Assembly (NCBI GenBank): GCA_902517245.1
Contig: CABYBK010000002.1
Location: forward strand, 84 to 64,083
From: an uncultured Bacteroidota bacterium
Lineage (GTDB): Bacteria > Bacteroidota > Bacteroidia > Flavobacteriales > Flavobacteriaceae
Direction: 5' to 3'
Length of the DNA stretch: 64,000 bases
Both the position numbers and the translations under genes were made by a program. A model generated the notes under the pieces. The model ran no database searches, was not told the origin of the DNA, and was given only the letters and a program-made list of their open reading frames with translations. The stretch's first letter is position 1; every line of letters starts with the position of its first letter. Below are positions 48,222 through 57,690 of this stretch, piece by piece.

Positions 48222-49385
48222 ATGATAGATTTCGAATTACGTCCCGAAATTAATACCTCTGAAACCCAACGTATGGTTTATGAGGCTGCTCGAGACTTTG
48301 CTGCTCAGTTCATCAAGCCCAATGTAATGAAATGGGATGAGGCACAATATTTTCCAATTGAAATTTTTGAAAAGGCAGGAGCGCTTGGGTTTATGGGAAT
48401 GCTTATTCCGGAATCTTATGGAGGATCTGCGATGGGATATCATGAATATGTAACTCTGATAGAAACTATTTCAATTATTGATCCTTCAATTGGTTTATCA
48501 ATTGCCGCTCACAATTCTCTTTGTGTGAATCATATTTATTTATTTGGTAATGAAGAACAACGTTTAAAGTGGCTGCCTAAACTTTGTCAAGGTTCGGCTA
48601 TTGGTGCTTGGGGACTTACAGAGCATAATACAGGTTCTGATGCAAAAGACATGTCTACTACGGCAAGAAAAGAAGGAAATAAATGGATTCTAAATGGTAC
48701 TAAAAACTTTATAACACATGGAATTTCTGGTGATATTGCAGTGATCATTGCTCGAAATGGAGAGAGGGGTGATAGTCGTTCAATGACTGCATTTGTAGTT
48801 GAAAAAGGAACTCCTGGTTTTTATGCCGGGAAAAAAGAAAATAAATTGGGAATGCGGGCGTCTGAAACTGCTGAGATGATTTTTGAAGAATGTGCTATAC
48901 CAGATGAAAACAGACTTGGTCCAGTTGGAGACGGTTTTATTCAATCAATGAAAATTTTAGATGGAGGAAGAATTTCAATAGCAGCACTATCACTAGGTAT
49001 TGCAAAAGGAGCTTACAATGCTTCTTTATCCTACTCAAAAGAACGCAGACAATTTGGTAAACCTATAGCAAGTTTTCAAGGGATCTCTTTTAAGTTAGCA
49101 GATATGGTTACTGAAATAGAGGCAGCTTCCCTACTTACTCAAAAGGCATCAGAAATGAAGAACCAAAACTTGAATGTTACTAAAGCTGGTGCAATGGCAA
49201 AATTATTTGCATCTGAGACATGTGTTAAAGTTGCAAATGAAGCTGTTCAAATACATGGAGGTTATGGATTCACTAAAGATTTCCCCGTTGAAAAATTTTT
49301 AAGAGATTCAAAACTTTGTACAATAGGCGAGGGTACTAGCGAAATTCAAAAGGTAGTTATAGCTAGAAAAATTCTAAAAGATTAA
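48222..49385 (+). CDS. acyl-CoA dehydrogenase
   Basis: About 387 aa from the ATG at 48222, with [22 protein letters not shown] and the catalytic region [10 protein letters not shown]. Confidence 0.92.
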   Translation: MIDFELRPEINTSETQRMVYEAARDFAAQFIKPNVMKWDEAQYFPIEIFEKAGALGFMGMLIPESYGGSAMGYHEYVTLIETISIIDPSIGLSIAAHNSLCVNHIYLFGNEEQRLKWLPKLCQGSAIGAWGLTEHNTGSDAKDMSTTARKEGNKWILNGTKNFITHGISGDIAVIIARNGERGDSRSMTAFVVEKGTPGFYAGKKENKLGMRASETAEMIFEECAIPDENRLGPVGDGFIQSMKILDGGRISIAALSLGIAKGAYNASLSYSKERRQFGKPIASFQGISFKLADMVTEIEAASLLTQKASEMKNQNLNVTKAGAMAKLFASETCVKVANEAVQIHGGYGFTKDFPVEKFLRDSKLCTIGEGTSEIQKVVIARKILKD

Positions 49386-49427
49386 ACTTTAATTGAGAAT
49401 ATAACTTTCTCAAATCATTCTTTTATA

Positions 49428-49435
49428 TATATTTG
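49428..49435 (+). promoter_or_regulatory. -7 promoter-like motif TATATTTG upstream of rpsU
   Basis: Matches TAnnTTTG, 31 nt before the rpsU ATG. Confidence 0.4.
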
Positions 49436-49451
49436 CAATCATTATTATGAA

Positions 49452-49458
49452 AGGAGGT
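49452..49458 (+). promoter_or_regulatory. strong Shine-Dalgarno sequence (AGGAGGT) of rpsU
   Basis: aaAGGAGGTtcagtttt-ATG, with the GGAGG core at 49453..49457, 9 nt before the start. By eye, no other gene start I inspected in the window has a comparable SD. Confidence 0.75.
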
Positions 49459-49466
49459 TCAGTTTT

Positions 49467-49661
49467 ATGTTAATTATTCCAATCAAAGACGGAGAAAATA
49501 TCGATCGTGCACTTAAGCGTTTTAAACGTAAATTTGACAAGACTGGTGGCATGCGCCAGCTTCGTGCTAGAAAGCAATTTATCAAGCCTTCTGTAAAACA
49601 TCGTCAGAAAATTCAAAAAGCACAATACATTCAACATCTCCGCGACAGCGAAAATATTTAG
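49467..49661 (+). CDS. rpsU: 30S ribosomal protein S21
   Basis: 64 aa, basic. ALKRFKRKFDKTG...QLRARKQFIKPS. Confidence 0.95.
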   Translation: MLIIPIKDGENIDRALKRFKRKFDKTGGMRQLRARKQFIKPSVKHRQKIQKAQYIQHLRDSENI

Positions 49662-49728
49662 TTTTTATAAACAAATTTCTAACGTTATTTTGGTGAAGTT
49701 TTTTAACTTTATATGGTAACGTTTTTTT

Positions 49729-50634
49729 ATGTCAATTATTTCTTTTTTAGATTATATTTCTCTAGAAAAAAAGTGTTCTCGGCACACTGTAAAGGCATAC
49801 AGAGCAAACTTACTTGCTTTTGAATCTTTTTTGAAATCCCAGAACGATGAAGAAAATATTGAGAGAGTTTCTTACGGAGAAATAAGAGCTTGGATAGTAA
49901 ATCTAGTTCAGTCAGGTAATAGTTCACGCACTGTTAACAGAAAAGTTTCTGCGCTACGTTCATTTTACAAATTCCAACTTCGTGTTGGAAATATAAAAGT
50001 ATCTCCTTTAAAAGAACATAAGGTGCTTAAAACAGACACTAAGGTGGGATTACCATTTTCTAAAGAAGAGATGAAAAATTTGTTTGAATTTGATATTTTT
50101 CCTGACACCTATGTTGGATCAGTTTCAAGAACTATAATTCAGCTACTTTACTTCACAGGAATTCGTAGGAGTGAATTGATAGATTTAAAAGTTCAAGACA
50201 TAGATTTTTCAACAAGATTACTAAAGGTTCTAGGAAAACGAAATAAGGAACGATTAGTACCGCTTTTACCCGAAATTCAGCACCATATGAAAGCATTATT
50301 AATGTTACAAAAGGATTTAAAAATAACCAGAGAAGCTAACTTATTTTTTGTAAATGAAAAGGGTAAAAAGCTCACAACTTCATTTGTCTATAAATCTGTC
50401 AAAAATTATCTCAGCAAGGTTTCAACCAAAACGAAACGAAGTCCTCATGTTTTGAGACATAGTTTTGCGACGCATTTATTAGATCAAGGAGCAGATTTAA
50501 ATTCAATTAAAGATCTTCTAGGTCATAGCAGTATTGCAGCAACTCAACATTACACTCATAGCAGTATGGCTAAGATCCAAGAAGTTTATAAAAAATCACA
50601 TCCCAGAGAACGAAAAAATAATTCAAATAAATAA
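49729..50634 (+). CDS. XerC/XerD-type tyrosine recombinase
   Basis: 301 aa with an N-terminal SAM-like core-binding domain and the catalytic R...HxLRH...Y (HVLRHSFATHLL, GHSSIAATQHYTH). Confidence 0.85.
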   Translation: MSIISFLDYISLEKKCSRHTVKAYRANLLAFESFLKSQNDEENIERVSYGEIRAWIVNLVQSGNSSRTVNRKVSALRSFYKFQLRVGNIKVSPLKEHKVLKTDTKVGLPFSKEEMKNLFEFDIFPDTYVGSVSRTIIQLLYFTGIRRSELIDLKVQDIDFSTRLLKVLGKRNKERLVPLLPEIQHHMKALLMLQKDLKITREANLFFVNEKGKKLTTSFVYKSVKNYLSKVSTKTKRSPHVLRHSFATHLLDQGADLNSIKDLLGHSSIAATQHYTHSSMAKIQEVYKKSHPRERKNNSNK

Positions 50635-50637
50635 ATC

Positions 50638-50940
50638 ATGATTAATATACATTTCCGATCAGTAAATTTCAAAGCTGATAAAAAATTAAAAGAATTCGCA
50701 AAAAAAAGAATTGAGAAACTTTCTTTATTCTACAATCAAATTTTAGAAGTATTTGTTTTCACAAAAATTGAAAACAACTCTGATGGGATTAATAAATGGG
50801 CTGAACTTAAAATTGGAATCCCTGGAGATGATATAGTTGTAAAGAAGATATCCAAATCTTTTGAGGAATCAATTTATCTTGCCTCTGAAAGTGCTGAGAG
50901 GATTTTAAAAAGAAGAAAGGATAAAGAAAGAGTACTTTAA
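50638..50940 (+). CDS. hpf: ribosome hibernation / RaiA-HPF family protein (short form)
   Basis: 100 aa with an S30AE-like beta-alpha-beta pattern. It occupies the conserved position after rpsU-xer. Confidence 0.8.
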   Translation: MINIHFRSVNFKADKKLKEFAKKRIEKLSLFYNQILEVFVFTKIENNSDGINKWAELKIGIPGDDIVVKKISKSFEESIYLASESAERILKRRKDKERVL

Positions 50941-50957
50941 AAATCAATTAAGCCTAT

Positions 50958-52127
50958 ATGAAAAACGATAAAATAAAATCTGTAAAAATTCATAAATTAA
51001 TTTTAATTACAATAGTTTTCTTTTATTGTTGTGCTAACAATAATTCAAAAAATATGAATGTAGGATTTCTAGAAATTGAAAAAAAATCATTCGGGAAAAC
51101 TTCTGATGGGATTGAGGTAGATCAGTTCATTATGAAAAATAAAAATGGGATGAAAGTAGGCGTAATAACTTACGGGGGGATAATAAATTTTTTGACTGCA
51201 AAAGATAAAAATAATGTTTATAAAGATGTTGTTTTAGGCTTCCATGATTTAGCTAAATATGAAGCTGGTAGTCCCTATTTCGGAGCAATAATTGGGCGTT
51301 ATGGGAATCGAATAGCAGACGGGAAATTTGATCTTAAAGGTCAAACTTATGAATTAGTCAGAAATAATGGAGATAATCATTTGCATGGGGGATCAAGAGG
51401 TTTTGATAAAGTGGTTTGGAAGGCCAAACAAATTATTGAAAAAAATTTAGCATCAATTGAGTTAAGATATTTAAGTAAAGATATGGAGGAAGGATATCCA
51501 GGTAACTTAGAAGTAAAAGTAACTTATACCTTGAACAATAATGACGAATTAACAGTTCATTATGAAGCAAGTACAGATAAGTCTACGATTATTAATCTAA
51601 CTCAACACTCATATTTTAATCTTTCAGGTGATTTTAAAAATGATATTTTAGATCATAAAATTGTAATTGATGCTGATTCATTTTTACCAGTTAATTCAAA
51701 ATTAATTCCAACGGGTCAATTACAAGATGTATTAGGAACACCATTTGATTTTAGAAAATCCAAGATAATTCGAAATGATATAAATAAAGAAAACGAACAA
51801 TTAAATAATGGATTGGGTTACGATCATTGTTGGGCTCTAAATAATAATAATGAGGGCTTTAGATTTGCAGCTTCTGCTCATGATCAGATTTCAGGGAGAT
51901 TTCTCGAAATATTTACAGATGAACCAGGCATTCAATTTTATACTGGTAATTTTTTAGATGGAACATTACCAAGTAAAACAGGAGGGAATTATAATTATAG
52001 AACAGGATTTTGCCTTGAGACTCAGCATTTTCCTAATTCACCAAATCAAAAGGACTTTCCATCTGTAATACTTAACCCGGGAGAAAAATATTTTTCAAAA
52101 ACATCATTTAAGTTTTCTGTTAGGTAG
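50958..52127 (+). CDS. galM: aldose 1-epimerase (galactose mutarotase), lipoprotein-like N-terminus
   Basis: 389 aa with GRYGNRI, NHLHGG, TNHSYFNL-like (TQHSYFNL) and ETQHFPNSPN motifs. Confidence 0.9.
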   Translation: MKNDKIKSVKIHKLILITIVFFYCCANNNSKNMNVGFLEIEKKSFGKTSDGIEVDQFIMKNKNGMKVGVITYGGIINFLTAKDKNNVYKDVVLGFHDLAKYEAGSPYFGAIIGRYGNRIADGKFDLKGQTYELVRNNGDNHLHGGSRGFDKVVWKAKQIIEKNLASIELRYLSKDMEEGYPGNLEVKVTYTLNNNDELTVHYEASTDKSTIINLTQHSYFNLSGDFKNDILDHKIVIDADSFLPVNSKLIPTGQLQDVLGTPFDFRKSKIIRNDINKENEQLNNGLGYDHCWALNNNNEGFRFAASAHDQISGRFLEIFTDEPGIQFYTGNFLDGTLPSKTGGNYNYRTGFCLETQHFPNSPNQKDFPSVILNPGEKYFSKTSFKFSVR

Positions 52128-52270
52128 CAAATGCTCAAAAATTGAATAAACCATACATAATAAATTATTGAATTTTGCTTTTGGATTTAACAAATCAGTT
52201 TATATTTGCCGTCAGTTCATTGAAAGTATTTATATAGAAAATTGCTAGTCCTATAAACGAATAGCATTAA

Positions 52271-52278
52271 TAAATTTG
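52271..52278 (+). promoter_or_regulatory. -7 promoter-like motif TAAATTTG upstream of the tRNA cluster
   Basis: Matches TAnnTTTG 32 nt before tRNA-Thr. A second match (TATATTTG) lies at 52201..52208. Confidence 0.4.
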
Positions 52279-52309
52279 ATTAAAAGATCAATTTATAATT
52301 AATTTACAA

Positions 52310-52383
52310 GCCGATGTAGCTCAGCTGGCTAGAGCAGCTGATTTGTAATCAGCAGGTCGTGGGTTCGAGTCCCTCCATCGGCT
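52310..52383 (+). tRNA. tRNA-Thr (anticodon TGT)
   Basis: Hand-folded cloverleaf: acceptor GCCGATG/CATCGGC, anticodon arm GCTGA-TTTGTAA-TCAGC, T-loop TTCGAGT (one T-T mismatch in the T stem). Confidence 0.9.
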
Positions 52384-52404
52384 CTTAAAAATTAATTAGA
52401 CAAA

Positions 52405-52486
52405 GGGGAGATACTCAAGCGGCCAACGAGGGCAGACTGTAAATCTGTTGTTTTTAACTTCGCAGGTTCGAATCCTGCTCTCCCCA
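52405..52486 (+). tRNA. tRNA-Tyr (anticodon GTA), long variable arm
   Basis: Acceptor GGGGAGA/TCTCCCC, anticodon loop CTGTAAA, long variable arm, T-loop TTCGAAT. Confidence 0.9.
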
Positions 52487-52548
52487 CATTTTTTAGTTTT
52501 TTTATATATTTATGTATTCATTATCAACACTGATTTTTTCAGTTTAAT

Positions 52549-52622
52549 GCGAGAGTAGCTCAGTTGGTAGAGCGTCAGCCTTCCAAGCTGAATGTCGCCG
52601 GTTCGAACCCGGTCTCTCGCTC
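52549..52622 (+). tRNA. tRNA-Gly (anticodon TCC)
   Basis: Acceptor GCGAGAG/CTCTCGC, anticodon arm TCAGC-CTTCCAA-GCTGA, T-loop TTCGAAC. Confidence 0.9.
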
Positions 52623-52634
52623 TCTTTTTTAATT

Positions 52635-52706
52635 GCCGATGTAGCTCAGGGGTAGAGCGTTTCCTTGGTAAGGAAGAGGTCACGAGTTCAAATCTCGTCA
52701 TTGGCT
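52635..52706 (+). tRNA. tRNA-Thr (anticodon GGT)
   Basis: Acceptor GCCGATG/CATTGGC (one G-T pair), anticodon loop TTGGTAA, T arm ACGAG-TTCAAAT-CTCGT. Confidence 0.9.
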
Positions 52707-52793
52707 CTCTTGATCATCAAGAATTTTCAATTTTCTTTTTAATTTTAGTTTTTTGTAGTTTTAAAACTAAATACAATATCAAAATCATAAACT

Positions 52794-53906
52794 ATGAGGA
52801 TTTCAATAACAATTTCTTTTTTAATGGTGATAGTAAACACCAGTGCTCAGAAATGGACTACAGAAAAAGCCTGGTCATGGTACGAAAAACAACCATGGTT
52901 AGTTGGAACAAATTTTAATCCAAGCAGTTCAATCAACCAACTTGAATTTTGGCAAGCAGAAACATTTGATCGAACGACTATTGAAAGGGAGTTAAAATGG
53001 TCATCTGAGTTAGGGATGAATGTCCATCGTGTTTATTTACATAATTTACTTTGGGAACAAAATTCAGAGGGATTTTTAAAACGCATTGAATTATATCTAT
53101 CTATTGCTGCCAAATATGAAATCAAAACTATTTTTGTTTTACTTGACGATGTTTGGCACCCAGAGCCGTATTTAGGAAAACAACCAGATCCAATTCCTCA
53201 TCTTCATAACTCTGGATGGGTTCAAGCACCTGGTGCTAAAATTTTAGGTGATCTATCTCGTCACGATGAACTAGAGTCTTATGTCAAAGGTGTTATTTCA
53301 AAATTTACCAACGATAAAAGAGTCTTGCTTTGGGATCTTTATAATGAGCCAGATAATAGGGCTACAGGAAAAGAGAGGTCAAAATTAGAGCTTAAAAATA
53401 AGGACAAATATTCTCTTGCATTACTCAAAAAAACATACAGATGGGCTAGAGAGGTTAATCCTTCTCAACCACTTACTGTTGGAATTTGGAGAGGAAATAT
53501 ATCAAATTGGGGAAAGCCTGATAATCTTCCCGAATTAGACCGATTTATGCTTGAAAACTCAGATGTAATATCATTTCATGCATATGATGGAGAATTAGAA
53601 AAAGTAATTCAAAAAATAAATGAACTTAAAAATTACAATAGACCGCTTTTTTGTACAGAATATTTAGCTCGTGCTGTGGGAAATACATTTGAGGTTTTAT
53701 TGCCCTTATTTAAAAAAGAAAAAATTGCAGCAATAAATTGGGGACTTGTTGATGGTAAAACAAATACAAAATATCCATGGAAAAGTTGGGTTATAAGGCC
53801 ATCAAAAGAACCTGAAGTATGGCATCATGATATTTTTCGATCAGATGGAACTCCTTTCTCAAAGAAAGAAGTTAATTTCATTAGAAAAATGATATTGAAT
53901 AATTAA
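52794..53906 (+). CDS. secreted clan GH-A (TIM-barrel, GH5-like) glycoside hydrolase
   Basis: 370 aa with a signal peptide. WDLYNEPDN (acid/base Glu in the NEP motif) and FCTEYLA (candidate nucleophile Glu). Family and substrate not resolvable by eye. Confidence 0.6.
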   Translation: MRISITISFLMVIVNTSAQKWTTEKAWSWYEKQPWLVGTNFNPSSSINQLEFWQAETFDRTTIERELKWSSELGMNVHRVYLHNLLWEQNSEGFLKRIELYLSIAAKYEIKTIFVLLDDVWHPEPYLGKQPDPIPHLHNSGWVQAPGAKILGDLSRHDELESYVKGVISKFTNDKRVLLWDLYNEPDNRATGKERSKLELKNKDKYSLALLKKTYRWAREVNPSQPLTVGIWRGNISNWGKPDNLPELDRFMLENSDVISFHAYDGELEKVIQKINELKNYNRPLFCTEYLARAVGNTFEVLLPLFKKEKIAAINWGLVDGKTNTKYPWKSWVIRPSKEPEVWHHDIFRSDGTPFSKKEVNFIRKMILNN

Positions 53907-53959
53907 AATATTGGCGTAGAACAGTATCGTGATAAGTTGATTTCTAATTATTATCTCTT

Positions 53960-55354
53960 TTAATTTTCAAATTGATAAATCCCTGATTTATTATTATTAC
54001 TAATTATTTCTAACTTATTTCTAAGACTCAGTGAAAGACTTACCCACCGATTATTTGAAATACTTATGTAAAATTTAGAATCTTCAGTCACTAAATTTTT
54101 AAACTTTTCTTGATCAATCACTTCAATGCGACCTTTAGTATAAAATTGACTTGAATATGATTTATGTTCTAAAGAGTAGATAGGTAAATTATTGTCAAGG
54201 TTTTTTAAAATATATTTATCCGTATTGTTCATATACAAGGGCTTAGCTACTCCAGTATACAAAACAAATATTAGTGCGGTTGTAACACTCAATCCGAAGT
54301 AGAGGTAAATATTTTTATTTTTAACATTAGTCCAAAAATGATTTATAAATAATGCCAGAGGCACCATAGATGGAAGTATATAGGGATGAATTAAGCTTCT
54401 TGAAAATGTAAAAAATAAGGGTGTCCATAACATCCAGATTAATAAGAATAAAGCCCAGTAATCTTTTTTTATTTCTGACCATTTTTTTATCAAAATCTTA
54501 ACAAGTAAAATAAACCAGGGCAAAGTAAAAATTATAAATAAACCCCAAATAATTCCAAAAGGTTGCTGTTTTGCAAAACCATACTTATCTCCCTGCCAAT
54601 CTGAATTAAAAAAACGCTCAAAATGTTCTCCTACTATAAAGTAATTTAAAAAGCCTGGAGAACGTAATTCTACAAGATAATACCATGGTAGACTTATTAA
54701 CATGGTCATAATAATACCAAGAAGCCAAGGAGCAGTTTTAAATGCTTTTTTAATATTTTTTGAAATGATACTCCATATTAAAATAGGTGGTAAACTTAAA
54801 AATAATGCAATAGGTCCCTTAGATAAAAGACCTAACGCCAAACCCACAAAAAAAAGATATCCCCAATAAGATTTGGTTTTAATTTTAATTGCTTCCCAAA
54901 AACTGAGCATGATCAAAGCAATACTAAAACTGAGAAACATGTCAGTTGAGACTACTCCAGCGTGTAAATAAAACTCAGGAAGAGAAAGTAGGATGATCCC
55001 AGGAAGATATCGAGAAAATTTGTTTTTGTAATGACCTAAAAAAAATACCAAAATTATAGCTAACATTAAAAAGGGTAACCGAACAAAGAATTCATGATTT
55101 CCAAAGATTGAAATACTAAGTGCACTTGCCCACGTCGATAGTGGAGGTTTAGCCCAAAATGGAACTCCATAGTCTATCTGAAGAGTTATCCAGTTTTGTG
55201 TTTCTGACATAATACGAGCAATTTCAGAATAGCGAGCTTCTGTATTATCCGTTAGAGGAAATTCATAATTAAATATTCCTCTAATCAAAATCATCACCCA
55301 AAATATAATTGCATATGATTTTTGACTTGATAAAAAAGTCTTGATTACATTCAT
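53960..55354 (-). CDS. ArnT/PMT-like GT-C glycosyltransferase (GT39/GT83-like)
   Basis: 464 aa with more than 10 TM helices. The first loop is EARYSEIARIMSETQNWITLQIDYGVPFWAKPPLSTW. Confidence 0.8.
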   Translation of the reverse strand: MNVIKTFLSSQKSYAIIFWVMILIRGIFNYEFPLTDNTEARYSEIARIMSETQNWITLQIDYGVPFWAKPPLSTWASALSISIFGNHEFFVRLPFLMLAIILVFFLGHYKNKFSRYLPGIILLSLPEFYLHAGVVSTDMFLSFSIALIMLSFWEAIKIKTKSYWGYLFFVGLALGLLSKGPIALFLSLPPILIWSIISKNIKKAFKTAPWLLGIIMTMLISLPWYYLVELRSPGFLNYFIVGEHFERFFNSDWQGDKYGFAKQQPFGIIWGLFIIFTLPWFILLVKILIKKWSEIKKDYWALFLLIWMLWTPLFFTFSRSLIHPYILPSMVPLALFINHFWTNVKNKNIYLYFGLSVTTALIFVLYTGVAKPLYMNNTDKYILKNLDNNLPIYSLEHKSYSSQFYTKGRIEVIDQEKFKNLVTEDSKFYISISNNRWVSLSLSLRNKLEIISNNNKSGIYQFEN

Positions 55355-56082
55355 TTATAAGTTCGATATATTTTAAGTAAGTCAAACCAAACAATTATAC
55401 CATAACTTAGTTTGATTTTTGAGTCTCCCGAATCTATCCAAGAATCTATTGGAGTTTCTTCAGAAAAATATTTTATTTTTTCTGTACCAAAATGATTTTT
55501 GAGACGAAAAAAAATTTCTACATCAAACAACCACCTAGAAACAAATGAGCTTCCAAAAGCAATTGGAGTTAATTCTGAATTGAAGACCTTACAACCACAT
55601 TGAGTATCATAAACAGGAAGGTTAAGTATTTTGGAAATGATAGTAGCTAAAATCCGACCAACTATAAAACGATACCAATAGCGATCAATATTATTGTCAA
55701 TTTTTTTAATTCTGGAAGCAAATACAAACTTGGTTTTCAGATTAATTTTTTTTGATAAGGCAAAACACTCATCTAAAGATGTAGATAGGTCTGCATCCAA
55801 ATAAGCAATTTTCTTAATTTTACTATTAATGGAAAAAAAATTCATACCGACTCTAACAGCCTCCGATTTCCCTAAATTCTTTTTTAGATCAATAATATGA
55901 ACACGTTTTGGATTAATCTGACGTATCTTTTCTAATGTATTTATTGTTTTGTCTTTAGATCCGTCATTTACAAAGCAAAAGGAGATTTCATTTTTTTGAT
56001 TTAAAAATTTTTCAAAAACAGAAAATGCTAATCTTTCATATTCATTAAAACAAGGAATTACAATCCCTAAATCCATGATCAT
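55351..56082 (-). CDS. ALG5/Dpm1-like GT2 (polyprenyl-phosphate glucosyl/glycosyl-transferase-like)
   Basis: 243 aa with VIPCFNE, VNDGSKDKT, LDADLS and YDTQCGCKVF (compare the ALG5 DTQCGFK motif). ATGA overlap with the downstream GT-C gene. Confidence 0.8.
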   Translation of the reverse strand: MIMDLGIVIPCFNEYERLAFSVFEKFLNQKNEISFCFVNDGSKDKTINTLEKIRQINPKRVHIIDLKKNLGKSEAVRVGMNFFSINSKIKKIAYLDADLSTSLDECFALSKKINLKTKFVFASRIKKIDNNIDRYWYRFIVGRILATIISKILNLPVYDTQCGCKVFNSELTPIAFGSSFVSRWLFDVEIFFRLKNHFGTEKIKYFSEETPIDSWIDSGDSKIKLSYGIIVWFDLLKIYRTYK

Positions 56083-56297
56083 TATTTAATTATTTTCTAG
56101 TCTTCACAAAGAAACAAAAAATGAATAGTGAAATGATCCTGAATTTTATAATTCCAAATATTAAAAATGTGTTTTTAATCTCTATCAACACCTTAAAAGC
56201 TATTATTTTTTAATCAATTACTGTGATTGATTTCGAATAATGATCATCTATCATAAAAAAAAGCATTAAACAATCTATGAAACCAAAAAAAAATTAA

Positions 56298-56305
56298 TAA
56301 ATTTG
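56298..56305 (+). promoter_or_regulatory. -7 promoter-like motif TAAATTTG upstream of tuf
   Basis: Matches TAnnTTTG, 34 nt before the tuf ATG. Confidence 0.45.
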
Positions 56306-56339
56306 CGCTCCTAAAAATAACATTGAAATAACATTAATT

Positions 56340-57527
56340 ATGGCTAAAGAAACATTTGACCGGTCCAAACCACACTTAAACATTGGAACTATCGGTCACG
56401 TAGATCATGGTAAAACCACGCTTACTGCAGCGATAACTAAGGTCCTTGCAGATGCTGGTTTTTCTGAAGCAAAAAGCTTTGATCAAATTGATAACGCTCC
56501 CGAAGAAAAAGAACGTGGAATTACTATTAATACATCACACGTAGAGTATCAGACAAGTAATCGTCACTATGCTCACGTTGATTGTCCGGGGCACGCAGAT
56601 TATGTAAAGAATATGGTTACTGGTGCAGCTCAAATGGATGGAGCTATACTTGTAGTAGCTGCAACTGATGGTCCTATGCCGCAAACTAGGGAACATATTC
56701 TTCTAGGGCGCCAGGTTGGTGTACCAAGAATAGTAGTATTCCTTAACAAAGCTGACATGGTTGATGACGAAGAATTATTAGAATTAGTTGAAATGGAAGT
56801 CCGTGAACTCCTTTCTTTCTACGATTATGATGGTGATAATACTCCTGTAGTATTAGGATCTGCATTAGGGGCATTAAACGGTGAACAAAAATGGGTTGAT
56901 ACTGTTTTGAAACTAATGGAAGAAGTAGATGCATGGATAGAGCTTCCTAAGCGTGATGTTGATAAAGATTTCTTAATGCCTGTTGAAGATGTATTTTCAA
57001 TTACTGGCCGAGGGACTGTAGCAACAGGTCGAATCGAAACTGGTGTAGCCAACACGGGTGATGAAATTGATATCATTGGTATGGGTGCAGAAAAAATGAA
57101 ATCCACTATAACTGGAGTTGAAATGTTTCGTAAAATTTTAGATCGAGGTGAAGCAGGTGACAATACAGGTATTCTATTAAGAGGTATAGAGAAAACTGAT
57201 ATTAAAAGAGGTATGGTATTGTGTAAAGTTGGTTCTGTTACTCCTCATGCTAAATTTAAAGCCGAGGTTTATATCTTGAAAAAAGAAGAAGGAGGCCGAC
57301 ACACCCCATTCCACAATAACTATAGACCACAGTTCTACGTCAGGACAACCGATGTAACTGGAAACATAGCGTTACCCGATGGAGTAGAGATGGTTATGCC
57401 TGGTGATAATTTAACTATTAATGTTGATTTGATCCAGCCTATTGCATTAAGTATTGGATTACGTTTCGCAATACGCGAAGGAGGAAGAACAGTAGGTGCG
57501 GGACAGGTTACTGAAATTCTAGACTAA
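56340..57527 (+). CDS. tuf: elongation factor Tu
   Basis: 395 aa with [17 protein letters not shown] and NKAD. Confidence 0.99.
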   Translation: MAKETFDRSKPHLNIGTIGHVDHGKTTLTAAITKVLADAGFSEAKSFDQIDNAPEEKERGITINTSHVEYQTSNRHYAHVDCPGHADYVKNMVTGAAQMDGAILVVAATDGPMPQTREHILLGRQVGVPRIVVFLNKADMVDDEELLELVEMEVRELLSFYDYDGDNTPVVLGSALGALNGEQKWVDTVLKLMEEVDAWIELPKRDVDKDFLMPVEDVFSITGRGTVATGRIETGVANTGDEIDIIGMGAEKMKSTITGVEMFRKILDRGEAGDNTGILLRGIEKTDIKRGMVLCKVGSVTPHAKFKAEVYILKKEEGGRHTPFHNNYRPQFYVRTTDVTGNIALPDGVEMVMPGDNLTINVDLIQPIALSIGLRFAIREGGRTVGAGQVTEILD

Positions 57528-57593
57528 TTAAAATGTTTTAAAAGACACTAAAGCTTTCGTCCTAATATGCGTTAGTTTAATGTGTTAGATAAA

Positions 57594-57666
57594 ACGGGTT
57601 TAGCTCAGTTGGTAGAGCACTGGTCTCCAAAACCAGGTGTCGGGAGTTCGAGCCTCTCAACCCGTG
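57594..57666 (+). tRNA. tRNA-Trp (anticodon CCA)
   Basis: Acceptor ACGGGTT/AACCCGT, anticodon arm CTGGT-CTCCAAA-ACCAG, T-loop TTCGAGC. Confidence 0.9.
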
Positions 57667-57690
57667 CTGATAAAATAATAGATTACAGCG

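Noticed and set aside
49729-50634. A tyrosine recombinase lying 1.7 kb from a tRNA cluster could mark an integrative element or genomic island.
   Set aside because: It is embedded in the rpsU-xer-hpf arrangement that I recall as conserved core synteny in Bacteroidota. It has XerC/D-like length and motifs. No attachment-site repeats, excisionase, phage or conjugation genes are nearby, and its neighbours are housekeeping genes.
52510-52918. ORF-track ORFs 52510..52701 (-) and 52592..52918 (+).
   Set aside because: They run through the tRNA-Gly and tRNA-Thr genes and are artefacts of the tRNA sequences. The real CDS starts at 52794.
56121-56213. A 30-aa ORF (MNSEMILNFIIPNIKNVFLISINTLKAIIF) and a 7-bp hairpin (AATCAAT/ATTGATT, approximately 56213..56233) in the 257-nt GT2/tuf divergent spacer.
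   Set aside because: There is no SD, no promoter context and no conserved features. Short AT-rich ORFs and 7-bp stems are expected by chance at this composition.
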